DNA of 64,000 nt, taken from positions 40,424,001 to 40,488,000 of the forward strand of contig OZ360221.1 of the NCBI GenBank assembly GCA_977017645.1, in the 5' to 3' direction. Source of the DNA: Torpedo marmorata. Taxonomy: Eukaryota. This document shows, one piece after another, positions 47,075 to 60,219 of this stretch. Position 1 is the first letter of the stretch, and the number at the start of each line of letters is the position of its first letter. Below the pieces are notes generated by a model. The model was given only the letters and a program-made list of their open reading frames with translations. It had not been told where the DNA came from and ran no database searches. Both the position numbers and the translations under genes were made by a program.

Positions 47075-48472
47075 GAGACTCGTTCAGAAAGTCATGAGGC
47101 ATGGGATCCACGGAACCTTGGCTGTGTGGATTACAAATTGCAGGAAGAAAGCAGAGAGTAGTAGTGGAAGGAAAGTATTCTGCCTGGAGGTCAGTGACGA
47201 ATGGAGTTCCGCAGGAATCTGTTCTGGGACCCCTGCTCTTTGTGATTTTTATAAATCACCTAGATGAAGAAGCGGAAGGATGGGTCAGTAAGTTTGTGAT
47301 TGATATGAAGGTTGGGGGAATTGTGGAAAGTGCTGAAGGCTGTCGTAGGTTACAAAAGGATATAGACAGGATTCAGTTGGGCAGAAAAGTGGCAGATGGA
47401 GTTCAATCCAGATAAGTGTGAGGTGATGCATCTTGGAAGGTCAAACCTGAAGGCTGAGTACAGGGTTAATGGTCGGATACTTAACAGTGTGGAGGAACAA
47501 AGAGGAACCTTGAGGTCCAAATCCATACATCTCTCAAGGTTGCCGCGCAGGTTGATAGGATAGTTAAGAAAGCCTATGTGATGTTGGGCTTCATTGATAG
47601 GGGGATTGAGTTCAAGAGTCAAGAGGTCAGGTTTCAACTCTACAAGTCTCTGGTGAGACCACCCTTAAAGTATTGTGTTCAGTTCTGGTCACCTTATTAT
47701 AGGAAGGATGTGGAAGCTGTGGAGAGGGTGCAGAGGAGATTTACCAGGATGTTGCCTGGATTGGAAAATAAGTCTTATGAGGCAAGGTTAGTAGAGCTGG
47801 GACTTTTCTCTTTGGAGCAAAGAAGGATGAGAGGAGACTTAATAGAGGTCTACAAGATTTGGGACGGAACGGTTGGCGTAGCGGTTAGCGCAACGCCTTT
47901 ACAATGCCAGCGATCGGGACTGGGGTTCGAATCCTGTGCTGTTTATAAGGAGTTTGTATGTTCTCCCCGTGTCTGCATGGGTTTTACCCGGGGGCTCCGG
48001 TTTCCTCCCACTGTCCATAACGTACCGGGGGTTGTTGGTCAATTGGTTGTAATTGGGTGGCACGGGCTTGTGGGCTGAAAGGGCCTGTTACCGTGCTGTA
48101 TGTTTAAATTTTTAAAAAAATTAAAGATTCTGAGAGGCATAGTTATCTGTGGACAGCCAGCGCCTTTTTCCCCAGAGCAAGAATGGCAAACACCAGGGGA
48201 CATCTCTACAAAGTGAAGGGAGGAAAGTTTCGAGGAGACATCAGGGGTAAGTTTTTTACACAGAGAGTTGTAGGTGCCAGGAATGCATTGCCAGGGGTGG
48301 TGGTGGAGGTGAAACATTAGGGGTATTTAAGAGACTCTTAGACAGGCACATGGATGAAAGAAAAATAGAGGGTTACGGGGTAGGAAGGGAGTAGTATTTT
48401 TTTTGGTAGGAATATGTAGGTCGGCACAACATCGAGGGCTGAAGGGCCTGTACTGTGCTGTAGTGTTCTATG
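47075..48472 (+). mobile_element. CR1 RT-to-3'-end fragment
   Basis: GVPQESVLGPLLFVIFIN, YCVQFWSPYYRKD, 3' UTR; interrupted by a SINE. Confidence 0.88.
47860..48123 (+). mobile_element. Full-length tRNA-derived V-SINE (HE1-like)
   Basis: A box TGGCGTAGCGG, B box GGTTCGAATCC, V core, CR1-like tail, TSD AAGATT. Confidence 0.88.
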
Positions 48473-50019
48473 TAATAGTTCAATGGATATCAGTGGAAGT
48501 GCACGAGGCTCCTTAGCAGAGAAGCGACTTCGAGAAGAATCAACTGGTTGATTCTTCCTTGTTGAAGACTGTGCATAGCTCAAGAAGGAGTTACTAGTGG
48601 AAACAGAGGGTGGTTAATACAACCTAAAATGTAATGTGTGGCCTCGGTAAGGGCCATTAGGCGGTGCAGATTGGAATGGAGTTGTGGGATAACAGCAGAG
48701 ATTTGTAAAAGAGAGGGAGATTGAGATGATGTACCTTTCTCAAGTTCAAGGCTGTTTCTATTGATTGGAAGGGCGATGAAAGGCTATTTGGATAAGTTGG
48801 GCACAGTTTTTGATGACAGGGAGCCAATAACAATATCAGCTAACATGAAACCCAGGAACGGCCGTTGCTGATAGTGTTGATTTGAGGGAGCGAGAAATAG
48901 AAGCAGGAGTCGGCCATCTGGCCTGTCGAGCCTGCTCTGCCATTCAATAAGGTCTGGCTGTAGACTCAGCTCTGCTTGCCCACCCCTTTCCCATAACCCT
49001 TAATTCCCCTATATTTCAAAAATCCATCCAACTATGTTTTAAATATATTCAATGAGGCAGCCTCTACCGCTTCCTTGTGTAGAAAGGGACCTGAACAGTC
49101 CTTCCAAGTGAAGCAACACCTCGGCTCTGTCCGTCGCAATACCGGGGATTTCCCAGTTGCTACCCATTTCAATTCCCTGCCCCATTCCCTTGCTGACATG
49201 TCTGTCCATGGTCTCAGGTACAGCTGGACTGAGACCACCTGAAAATTGGAGGAACATGAGTTTTCACATATATCTGATGAACAATTGTGAACTGCAAATG
49301 GTTTATCACATTGACTTTATTATTTTCTGCTTTGAAGTGGCTAAATCTGGATTCAGAGTCATAACCATAGAGTTATGCAATGTAGAAACAGGCACTAGCC
49401 CATGACATACATCCATGCCAACCTTTAATATGGCAGGGAGATGGGTCTCCATGCAGAAAGACAGAGGGAAGCAATGTAGAAACCACAGCAAAAGTTAGAA
49501 AAGGGTAAAGTAAAAGCAGGGTACAGAAAGGTCAAATTCAAAAGACACAACGATTCTAAAAGGACAATGAGGGTAAGGCCACTTCATCTGAATCTCCACA
49601 ACATTTGAAACAAGATCAATGAACTTGTATGAGGGGTATAATTTAGTGACCATTACAGAAATGTGGTAGCAGAGAGGGTGGTGAGGCAGGTACCATTGCA
49701 ATGTTTAAGAAAAAAGTGATGGATACATGGATAGGAAGGGACCTGGGCCCAAATGCAGGCAAATGGGACTTGTGTGGATGAGACATTTTGGTCAGTGTGG
49801 GCAAGTTGGAGCGAAGGGCCTATTTCCACACTGTATGACCAGGGGTAGTTGTGGAGGCTGGAACAATTGGGGCATTTAAGAGACTCTGAGACAGTCACAT
49901 GGATGAAAGAAAAATAGAGGGTTATGAGGTCGGGAGGGTTTAGGTTTTTTTAGGTATATATAGGTCGGCACAACATCGAAGGCCAAAGGGCCTGTACTGT
50001 GCTCTAATGGTATATTTTC

Positions 50020-50180
50020 TAACACCTCATATTCCGTCTGGGCACCCTCCAACCCGATGGCATTAACATCGACTTCTCTGGTTTCAATTAGCCTCCCACC
50101 CTCCCCCTCCCCCTCCCATCTTTCCCTATCTCTCCTTTCCTCCAGCTCTGTCTCTGTCTCTGTCTCTGTCTCTGTCTCTG

Positions 50181-50215
<35 letters not shown>

Positions 50216-50520
50216 TCCCTTTTCCCTCTGTCTCCTTTCCCCTTGCTCTGCTTCCACAGAGCCCCAAACAACCCTCCCTCTCCCACTCATTTCTCATCTT
50301 TCCTCTCTCCTGTGCCCCATCCATATCCATTAACACCTTTTGTCTGTTGGTCTGTACTCTCCCCCCTGCCCATTCTTCCCTCCCCTGCTTTTAATTCAGG
50401 CGCCTGCCTGCCTGCATTTTACTCACACCTTGAAGAAGAGCTTAGACCCGAAAGATCGGTTATATATCTTTGCCTCCTATGGACACTGCGAGACCTGCTG
50501 ATTTCCTCGAGCATTTCCAT
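50020..50520 (+). mobile_element. Penelope 3' end
   Basis: HLIFRLGTLQPDGINID coding remnant; tail with TTGAAGAAGAGCTTAGACCCGAAA. Confidence 0.8.
50146..50214. repeat. (TCTCTG)n plus (TC)n microsatellite
   Basis: Direct reading. Confidence 0.95.
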
Positions 50521-50577
50521 GTTTCTATAGAGAATTTCACAGATTCACTACTCTCTGGGCGAACTAGTGATCGTTAG

Positions 50578-50792
50578 GATGGCACGGATAGCGTAGCGGT
50601 TAGCGCAGCGCTATAACGGCACCAGAGACCAGGGTTAGAATCCAACACTGTCTGCAAGGAGTTTGTACGTTTTCCCCATGTCTGGTGCTCCAGTTTCCTC
50701 CCGCCCTTCAAAACGTACCGGGGGTTGTAAATCATTTGGGTGTAATTGGGTGGCACGGGCTTGTGGGCCGGAAGGGCTGCATGTCTAAATTT
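50578..50792 (+). mobile_element. V-SINE (HE1-like)
   Basis: TAGCGTAGCGG A box, GGTTAGAATCC B box, V core, tail. Confidence 0.82.
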
Positions 50793-50923
50793 AAGAAGAA
50801 CTTTAAAAAAAAATATTAAATAATTTTTTTTATCTCTCTCAGACATACAATGGTCCTTACGTCTGTCTTAAATCTACTCCCCTAAATTTTGAGGCTATGT
50901 CCCCTAGTTCTAATGATTTTTGA

Positions 50924-51120
50924 GTAAAAACACAATGCTGGAGAAACTCAGCAGGTCAAACAACGTCCTTTATATAGCAAAGACAAAGATACATAACCAA
51001 TGTTTCAGGCTTGAGCCTTGATGAAGGGCTCAAGCCCGAAACGTTGGTTATGTATCTTTATCTTTGCTATATAAAGTACTCTGTTTGACCTGCTGAGTTT
51101 CTCCAGCATTGTGTTTTTAC
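50924..51120. repeat. ~200-bp palindrome of two opposed Penelope tails
   Basis: GTAAAAACACAATGCTGGAGAAACTCAGCAGGTCAAACA mirrored by TGTTTGACCTGCTGAGTTTCTCCAGCATTGTGTTTTTAC. Confidence 0.9.
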
Positions 51121-51214
51121 TTCAACCATTTTGCCTAATAGGGAGACTGCTTTGTGGAGAACCTGCCTTCAACCTGCAGAGGTGACCCTGCCTCTTGCAA
51201 TAATTCTCCACTCT

Positions 51215-51890
51215 GATAATCAGAATTTATTGTCATGAACCTGTCACGAAATTCATTGTTTTGCGGCAGCATCACAGTGCAAACATTTATATCAACCACA
51301 TTACAAAATAAATAAAAATAGTGCAAGAAAAAGTCTGTGGTTCATTGTTCATTCAGAAATCTGATAGCAGTGGGGAAGAAGCTGTCCTTGTGTCGCTGGA
51401 TGCTCATCTTTAGGCTCCTGTACCTTTTTCCCAATGGTAGCAGTGTGAAGAGGGCATGGCCTGGATGGTGGGGGCCTTTGAGGATAGAGGCTGCTTTCTG
51501 AAGCCACCGCCTCTTGTAGATGTTCTTGATGGAGTGAAGTCTGGTGCCTGTGATGTCACAGGCTGAGTTAACAACCCTCTGGAGTTTATTCTTGTCCTGA
51601 CCATTGGCACCTCCATACCAGACAGTGATGAAACCAGACAGAATGCTCTCCACGGTGCACCTGTAGAAGTTTTTGAGAGACTTTGGTGACATACCAAATC
51701 TCCCCAAACTCCTCACAGAGTATAGCTGCTGGCGAGCCTTCTTCATGATTGCATTGACATGGAGACCCCAGGACAGATACTCAGAGATGTTGACACCCAG
51801 GAATTTGATGTTCTTGACCCTCTCCATGAGGACTGGTTCATGTTCTCCTGATTTCCTCCTGAAGTCCACAATCATCTCCTTGGTTCTGCT
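51215..51890 (-). mobile_element. Rex1/Babar LINE 3' fragment
   Basis: ORF 51342-52001 [10 protein letters not shown]...KFLGVNIS...[10 protein letters not shown]; same family as 55611-56760. Confidence 0.88.
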
Positions 51891-52377
51891 CCATCTGAAT
51901 GTGGCTTCCTGCACTGTTTCATTCAGACACAATGCAAAGCTGAGAACAGCAACTTGCCTTCCGTTTGAGTACATTGCAGCCTTTGAAATCAAACTAATCA
52001 CTTTCAGATAATTTGTTCTCTCTGCGTTGGAATTGGCCAGTTCTGCTCCAGGTTATCCTTTTGTCATGCTCATTCAAGTTTCTCTCTCTCCACTGACACC
52101 AACATTGAGATTGCAGGACTTTCCATACAGCTCTGAATTTCAGTTCTTAATTTTTAAATTTCTCTCTCGATTGCTGCACTAATTAATTTATCAACCAGAT
52201 GACACAATTAATAGTTGATCATCTGAGCATCGCTGGCTAGGTTCTATCAGATATATTCTCTTTATCTGATCCATCCCTTTATCTCCTTCTCTGCAACTGT
52301 AAACTAACTAGTTTTCTTTTTTTCCCAGTTTTGATGCATGGTTTTTATCTTTAAGTATTGTTTCTCCTTTACATCTA

Positions 52378-52596
52378 CAGTAAACCCCTGTTATCCCGAA
52401 TTCAAGCAACCGGCAGCCTCAAGCAACTGGCAAAAAAATAGTTGAAAATAAGTAGGTAAAAAATATGTAAGTTTAAAATTGGCTTGCCTCACCGTTAGTT
52501 CGCCAATCACGCAACATGCAATCTCAGGCAACCGGAAAATATACTTATCCGGCACCTATCAATCCCCATAGGTGTCAGATACCGGTGGTTTTACTG
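52378..52596. mobile_element. Tigger/pogo-like MITE
   Basis: TIRs CAGTAAACCCCTGTTATC / GATACCGGTGGTTTTACTG; TA TSD. Confidence 0.8.
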
Positions 52597-53194
52597 TATT
52601 TCTTTTTCCACAGTTGCTCCCTGTGTTGCTGTGCATTTGCAATATTATCTGTTTTTATTTCCTATTTCCATTATCTGCAGTTTTTTGAATTTCATCCACA
52701 AAATTTTGCTTTTGCTTTCCTCTTTTCATTTTGCTGCACTTCCACATCCTGATCTCAATGCACAGCTGGAACAAGAGACGGCAGCAAGATTCATAGAGTG
52801 GTTACAGCACAGAAGGAGGTCTTTTGGCACAATGTCTCTGTACTGGCTCTCTACCAGGGCAACCCACCAGTTTGATCCATCCTCCCTTTTTCTATAGCAA
52901 AAAAACACGCAAACTGCTGGAGGAACTCAATGGATCAGGCAGCATCTGTGGAGAAAAATGGATGGTCAACATTTTGGGTCAAGACCCTGTATCAAGACTG
53001 AGAGGAAAGAGGAAAGCTTGCCAATATATTCGATCATGTCAGAGAGTTTTACAACACCCAACTACGGCCCAGTTTGTCCATGCTGACCTTGTTGTCTACC
53101 CATTTGTGTGTGTTCCACTCTTATCCCTCCAAACTTTTCCTGTTATCAATATCTTTTAAACATTGTAACAGTACCTGTCTCTACCACTTCCTTT

Positions 53195-53439
53195 TTTGTA
53201 GACATACTGCACAGTAACAGGGCACTTCGGCCCACGAGCCCGTGCTGCCCAATCACACCCAATTAACCTACAACCCCCAGTATGTTTTGAAGGGTGGGAA
53301 GAAACCAGAGCACCCATGGAAGACCCACACAGACACGGGGAGAATGTACAAACTCCTTATATGCGGGATTCAAACCCCGGTCCCGATCGCTGGCGCTGTA
53401 ACAGCGTAAGCTAACCACTACGCTAACCGTGCTGCCCCA
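53195..53439 (-). mobile_element. V-SINE (HE1-like)
   Basis: Same sequence family as 7433 and 47860. Confidence 0.85.
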
Positions 53440-55254
53440 ACCGTGCCTCTGGCAGCTTATTTGACTGCTCACCACCCTCTTTTGTTTCTTAATTTTACTA
53501 TACCACTGTGAATTCTCATTAAGGCATTTGACAAAGTTCTCCTCCCCTCTTAGACGGGAGTTCTGTGAGCCCCTCTCTATACCGTCCTCCCACTCTTGTT
53601 TCTGCTGCTCTTTGACAGCGATCTCGCCATTCCCCCACCTCCTCTGGTTCCACCTGTCACCTACAAGCCTCTGTCCCCCACCTTCATGCTGCTATGTGCT
53701 GGTAGTATTTCCCCTTCCTTCTCAGTCCTGATACAGGGTCTCGACCTGAAATGTCGACCATCCCTCTGCCTCCACAGCGACTGCCTGATGTGTTGAGTTC
53801 TTCCAGCAGTTGTTTTTTTTAAATCCAGATTCCAGCATTTGCAATCCCTTGTTTCTGACCTTGTTCCACAGCCTTGCAAATGTTTCCCTCACCAAATATT
53901 TATCTAAATCTCTCTCGAAGGTTACACTGGAGCCAGCTTCCACCACAGCTGCAGGCTGTGCATTCCAGATTCCAATCAATTATTTAACAAAGTTTTCCCT
54001 TATGTCACTATTAATTCTCTCCCTCTTACTTTATACCTTTCATGTTTGGTCCTCAACCCCCTTCACCAGAGGGAATAGCCATTCACTATCCACACACTCC
54101 AGACCTCTTATCATTTTACATACTTTGAAATCTCCTCATCCAAAGAAAAACAGTCCCCGCCTCTCCTTCAGCCCAGGAACCATTCCAATCAATCTTTCCT
54201 GGACCATTTCAAATGCCTTGATGATAAATTTTCAAAAGGGAATTGGGTGAGATGAAAAATGTTTGTAGAATAACTGAGAAGCGAACCTAACTGGGTAGGT
54301 GTCATGGAGATCGCTGGCATGAGTACAATGGGCCAACTGGCCTCCAGCTGTGCCACATGCTTTCATTGGTGTGATGATGAGACTGAAACAGGAACACAAG
54401 ATTAGCAGGCAATGCGATGGGAACCAGGCGAGATCTCTGAGAACAGTGGATATCTCAAATCAACTTTTGGAAAGTGGAGTTGACTGGACTTCAGTCTATT
54501 AAGCTGAATAAATGACCAGGATGAGAGATGTGAAAGAGCAAAGATTTGTCCAATTCTATGAGAGCATGTAACCAAATTCAGGGTAATAAGGGCATCTGTA
54601 TGAAGTTTGGAACTTTTCCTTAAAGTGACAATGTGGTGGCAATTTCTAATCATGACTCTCTTCAACACAATGCACTGCTTAGTGGTGGAAAATTCATAAC
54701 CTTTTTTTATGATTGTGGTTGTGTCAAATAAATGGAATGTGCAAGCAAATGGAAAGTGTGACATTAAGCTTATCAAAGGTTCGTATTGAAGTCGAGGGAG
54801 AAAACAAAAATTATTTCACTTGTACTCTGGTCCTTCACGGCATTACTGGTAGTGTTATGATGGAATATGTTGCTCAGTCCTCCTGGGTATACCACAGTGT
54901 ACAGATTATATCGATCAGATGAATTGTACTCATTCCATTCATGTTTGACTGGGTACTTTATAGTATTTATATTATATAAAGCATACATTGAATAGGTTAC
55001 AATAAGGAATGAGCTTGATGAAGTAATAAAAATAAAACACAACTAATTTCAATTTGGTTTATTGGAAAGGCACATTTATGGGCAACATTTTTGTCCTCTG
55101 TTCAAGGTTCATTCATTTTGTAAATTCTATTTAAGTTTATATTACTGTATAGGTGCATACATGTACCTCAAATTCATGCTATAATTAAGCATCTTGTGGA
55201 AGCTATTTTACAAATTAGACTCTTGCTACATGACATATCAATGTAATCTATCGT

Positions 55255-56785
55255 GATCGTTGTCTGAAGAGGTCGTGCAAAATCATTGAGGACCCCTTCC
55301 AGCCTGCACACAGCATCTTTCAGCTGCTCCCATTGGGAAAGAGATACAGGAGTATCAGAGCCAGCGACACCAGGCTGAGGAACAGTTTCTTCCCACGGGC
55401 TGAATGACCAAAGGAAGTGCTTGCATTAATCTTCCGAGACTCTCATATTCGCAAAACAATATTTATTTATTTATTTATTTGTATACGTGAATGCTTGTCC
55501 TGCATGTGTATAGTTTGTCTGTTTGTGTGTTATGTCTGGTTGTGTGTCTGCATGTTTTGCACAGAGGCCTGGAGAACGCTGTTTCGTGGGTTGTACTTGT
55601 ACAATCAGATTCGCCTATTGTCAGAATTGCTCCACAGCAGATGCAATGTCGCTGGCTCTCCACTCAGCTCCGGATCACCTCGAAAACAGCAATTCATACA
55701 TACGGCTGCTCTTCATCAACTACAGCTCGGCCTTCAATACCATTATTCCCTCAGTGCTGGTCAAGAAGCTACAAACTCTAGGCCTCTGTACCCCACTCTG
55801 CAACTGGATCCTTGACTTTCTCATCGGAAGACCACAGTCAGTACGAATTGGAAACAACGTCTCCTCCTCACTGATTATCAACACAGGCGCACCCCAAGGA
55901 TGCGTGCTTAGCCCACTGCTCTACTCGTTATACACCCATGACTGTGTGGCCAGGCACAATTCCAATGCCATCTACAAGTTTGCCGATGACACCACAGATG
56001 TCGGCAGAATCACAAACGGCAATGAGGAAGCATACAGGAGGGAGATAGATCAGCTCGTTGAATGGTGTAATGACAACAACCTTGCGCTCAACATCAGCAA
56101 AACCAAGGAGATGATTGTGGACTTCAGGAGGAAGTCAGGGGAACACGACCCAGTCCTCATCGTGGGCTCAGTAGTGGAGAGGGTCAAGAACTTCAAATTC
56201 CTGGGTGTCAACATCTCTGAGGATCTGTCCTGGAGCATCCACGTTGATGCAATCACAAAGAAGGCTCGCCAGCGGCTATACTTTGTGAGGTGTCTGAGGA
56301 GATTCGATATATCACCGAAGACTCTTGTAAACATTTACAGGTGTACCGTGGAGAGCATTCTGGCTGGTTGCATCACTGCCTGGTATGGAGGCACCAACTC
56401 TCAGGACAAGAATAAACTCCAGAAGGTTGTTAACTCGGCCTGTGACATCACAGGCACCAGACTTCACTCCACCGAGGACATCTACACGAGGCACTGTCTT
56501 AAAAAAGCAGCCTCTGTCCTCAAAGACCCCCACCACCCAGGCCATGCCCTCTTCACTCTGCTTCCATCGGGAAAAAGGTACATCAGATTCCTGAATAATC
56601 AATGAACCAAAGACACTGCCTTACTTTTCGTGCACTATTATTTATATCTTTTTTTTATAGTAATGTTGTAAGATGGTTATAATATGAATGTTTGCACTAT
56701 GATGCTGCCGCAAAACACCGAATTTCATGACTTGTTCATGACAATAAACTCTGATTCTGAGATGACAATAAACTTGACTTGACTT
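55255..56785 (+). mobile_element. Rex1/Babar RT fragment (55611-56760) nested in the 3' UTR of an older Rex copy
   Basis: [23 protein letters not shown] motifs (ORF 55523-56605); two tails in series, CTGATTCTG then (GACTT)n; AGAT at both junctions. Confidence 0.88.
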
Positions 56786-57072
56786 TTCTAGGGCAGCTTC
56801 GATTGGCAATCCACTGCAACCAATTGAGTTAAACGTTATGTTCGATGTACAACAGGCATCCAATCCAATGGAGCAAATGGCATTATAGGCTGCATGATTC
56901 TTTGTATGACTCCATGAAAATCAAAAGTTGCTGGTCCTTCTTCCACAGAACAGTGCAGCGCAGGAACTGGACCTTCACCCCACATGTCTGTGACGAAAAT
57001 GATGTCCAAATCAAACTAAAACTCTGCTGCTTGCACTTGATAACTATCCCTCCAGTTTGCATGCCTCCAGAC

Positions 57073-58040
57073 TTTTTTTGTAAATCTCTTTATTAATTCC
57101 ATAAAATCATGGCGATAACAGTTCATTCACTATATACGTTTACAGAAAAAAAGCAAAGAAAAGCATGATCACATGTTCCATTAATCCATCCATAACAGAG
57201 TATACATTACAGATATATATCAATTTTGTTTTTCTTTACAATTTAGTATTATAATACCAATAGGTATAAAAAGAACCAAGCCACAAAAAAAAAGATAATA
57301 TAGTAATTTCATCATAATACATTTTTTTATAAAAGCTAAAGCAATCTAAACTAGCCTACCACCTACCCCCACCCCAGAATTGCACTGACCTGTAGAAATA
57401 ATATAACTTCAAATCATGAGGAATCATAAACTCTGATAATAGTCGATAAAGGAACCCCAAATATTAGTAAATTTTAGGTTTAATTTAATATTTGACATCT
57501 AATCTTTTCTAATGTTAAATAGGACATTAAACTTGATAGCCAATCTTCACATATAGGAGGATTACCATCCTTCCATTTGAGCAAGATCTGTCGCCTTGCA
57601 ACCAGAGAAGAAAAAGCAATCACATGTTTTTGATTATTAGTAAGATCATGATTACTAGGATCATTTATACCAAATATTGCTATAAATGGATTTGGATCTA
57701 ACTGAGTAGCTAAAACCAAAGAAAGAGTACAAAAACTTTTGTTCCAAAATCTAACTAACTTAGGGCACAACCAAAACATGTGAAATAATGTACCTTCATG
57801 AACATTCCATCTATCACACATAGATGATATATTTGATGAAAATTTAGCCAGTAAAGATTTCGAGTAATGAGCTCTGTGAACTACTTTGAATTGAATTAAA
57901 TTATGTCTTGCGCATAATGAAGAGGTATGGATACGGTCCAAAATATTGGACCACACTGAAGGTGAAAAAACGTCTAAAAAATCTCTTTCCCAAGCCTCCT
58001 TTATTTCATCCACATGCTGTATCACATTTTCTTTTGAGTT
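57073..58040 (-). mobile_element. L1-clade LINE 3' fragment
   Basis: ORF 57480-58025 LIQFKVVHR...CDRW...GTLFHMFWLCPKL (zf-RVT region), LEKIR; AATAAA plus A tail near 57073-57093. Confidence 0.85.
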
Positions 58041-59059
58041 TGCATTCTACTCCAATGGAAACAGAGGAGTTATGAATTTACCAGCGAGACATTTCCTGTT
58101 GTGTAAGGTCACCATGAAGATCAAAGACTTCACAAAGCTTTTTAAACTGTTGCATAACTGCTTACTGTCTTAGTATTACAAAGCTGTGAATTGACACACC
58201 TCTATTAATGCAAGAGTCTTTGTAGCACGAGTCAATAAATCATTAATAGCACAGAGGTGATGTTACTACCTCAATTATTAGCTTCTCTGTGATGATAACA
58301 GGTTGTGGTTCAACTTTCCTTTGCAATGTTATTACAGTGCCAGCAACCTGGGTTCATATCTGGTGCTGTCTGTAAGGAGCTTGTTCATTCTCCCCGTGTC
58401 CTGCGAGGGTTCTTACCAGGTGCTCTGGTTTCATCCTACCCTCCAAAAACACACGGGGTTGGTAGGTTATTTGGGTGACACGGCTTTCAATGGCTGGAAT
58501 CGGATTCTACTGTGCTGTAAATACAGTTAAATTTAATTTACAACTTGCTGCAGAATCTTTCTTCACTCATGCTGCTTAATGTGTGAACTTTTAGTTAATC
58601 AGGAATTTGTGTGGTCTCTTCACCATTGTGCATATTGTTGGGCCTCAACTCTCCTGTGGGGTTCAGCAAACTTAAAATTTTCTGCTATTTAAGTCTTGGC
58701 TCAGCCCCATACCAGCCACTTAATCTGGGATGACCATCAGATAATACTAATACCAAAGTGATCTAAAAAGTTATGCAAAACTTTGTGAAGTGCAGTAAAT
58801 TATCCTGTTCTCTCAGCTAATGGATCATTCTGAACCAGCAGAACTCAACACCGATTACCTGGCAAGTGTGGTTTGTGAGAAATTATTAGGAACCATTTGG
58901 ATGCTACATTCTTTGGGTATCTACAGAGGAGATGTCAGGGCACTGAAAAATTGCCACCAATGTCAATAAAATCCACGAGAAGGATAAGCAAGCCAGCTCA
59001 GGCTAACCCCCTGGTATTGAGGCTCTCTTGCACTCAGTTATATTGCTCAGTGCCAGAGC

Positions 59060-59405
59060 CCTGAAATAGACCTCCATTCTGAGCTTTGTCATGGGAAGAG
59101 ATTACAAGGTGGAAGAGTAAAAGATTCAAGGACATGCTCAGGCTTCTGTGAAGAAATACATCATCCTCCCTGACTCCTGGGAATATCTGGTCACTTAAAG
59201 TGGAGACAGCATTTGGGATGGTATTTGAGAACATCGAGTCCATGCTACACAAAAGGCAGAAGGAGCAGACCACCTTACAAACAACCCACTGATCATCCAC
59301 CATCTGCCCCCATCCTTGGAAGGGAATATAGTTAACTCATTAACCACCTCAGAACCCATAAATTCAGAGTGGAAATCAGTTATCCTTGATCCCAAAGGAA
59401 TGTCC
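59060..59405 (+). mobile_element. Degraded RTE-clade LINE 3' fragment
   Basis: AAAAGATTCAAGGACATGCTC (KRFKD.L), TCCTGGGAA (SWE) and AACCACCTCAGAACCCAT (HLRTH) follow the RTE/BovB-type C-terminus. Confidence 0.6.
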
Positions 59406-59974
59406 ATGTAGAAGAGTCAACATTGACTGCATTTCAGTAGAATTTCTTTGGCTGGAAACCATTTGGCAATGTCTTGAAATTATGTGAACTGCTATTTACA
59501 TATCTTTCCATTTTTGTTTTATATGTGGTGTAAGTAAGATCACATTTCCCACAATTGCTCTTTAGCCAATGAGCCTGACCCCAGTGATATCAGTATTAAA
59601 ACTAAGAGAGAAATTCTACCAGTCAGTAAATCCAACTGTTATTGGACCAAGATTGAGAAGTGATCACATGACTGATAAGATACATTGTCAGGAACAATAT
59701 TCAGTACCTAAAAATAGGTGGGTTTGAATTCACCTTTAATGGTGACCACAAACTGTGCAGATAATCTCAATGAAAGCACTTTTCAGCAGATGCCGCTGAG
59801 GTAGTACTGGCAGGTTGAAGTTTAGAACTGCTGGGAGTGACTTTACTTGTCTCTGTCAGTGTCAAGAGATGATAAAATATACCTGCTGACTGAGCTGGCA
59901 CAGTCCATTGGCAGTGCCCCTTTTTAGTAAGCTGATTCATTCAGCACCAGTATGAAGATGGCATGAAAATAAAT

Positions 59975-60219
59975 CAAATTTTTAAATGTAGACACACAGC
60001 ATGGTAATAGGCCCTTCCGGCCCACGAGCCCGTGCTGCCCAAATATCCCAATTAACCTACAACCCCGGTATGTTTTTGAAGGGCGGGAGGAAACCGAAGG
60101 AAACCCACGCAGACACGGGAAGAATGTAAAAACTCCTTGCAGACAGCGCCGGATTCGATCCCGGGTGACTGACGCTGTATCAGTGTTGCATAAACCGCTA
60201 CGCTAACTGTGCCGCCCCA
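59975..60219 (-). mobile_element. V-SINE (HE1-like)
   Basis: Reverse complement has B box GATCGAATCC, V core and tail. Confidence 0.85.

Noticed and set aside
47860-47935. tRNA gene
   Set aside because: A and B boxes are followed by the V-SINE core and CR1-like tail; no full cloverleaf
49876-50530. ETETET, RQRQRQ and SVSVSV repeat proteins
   Set aside because: Translations of the (TCTCTG)n microsatellite
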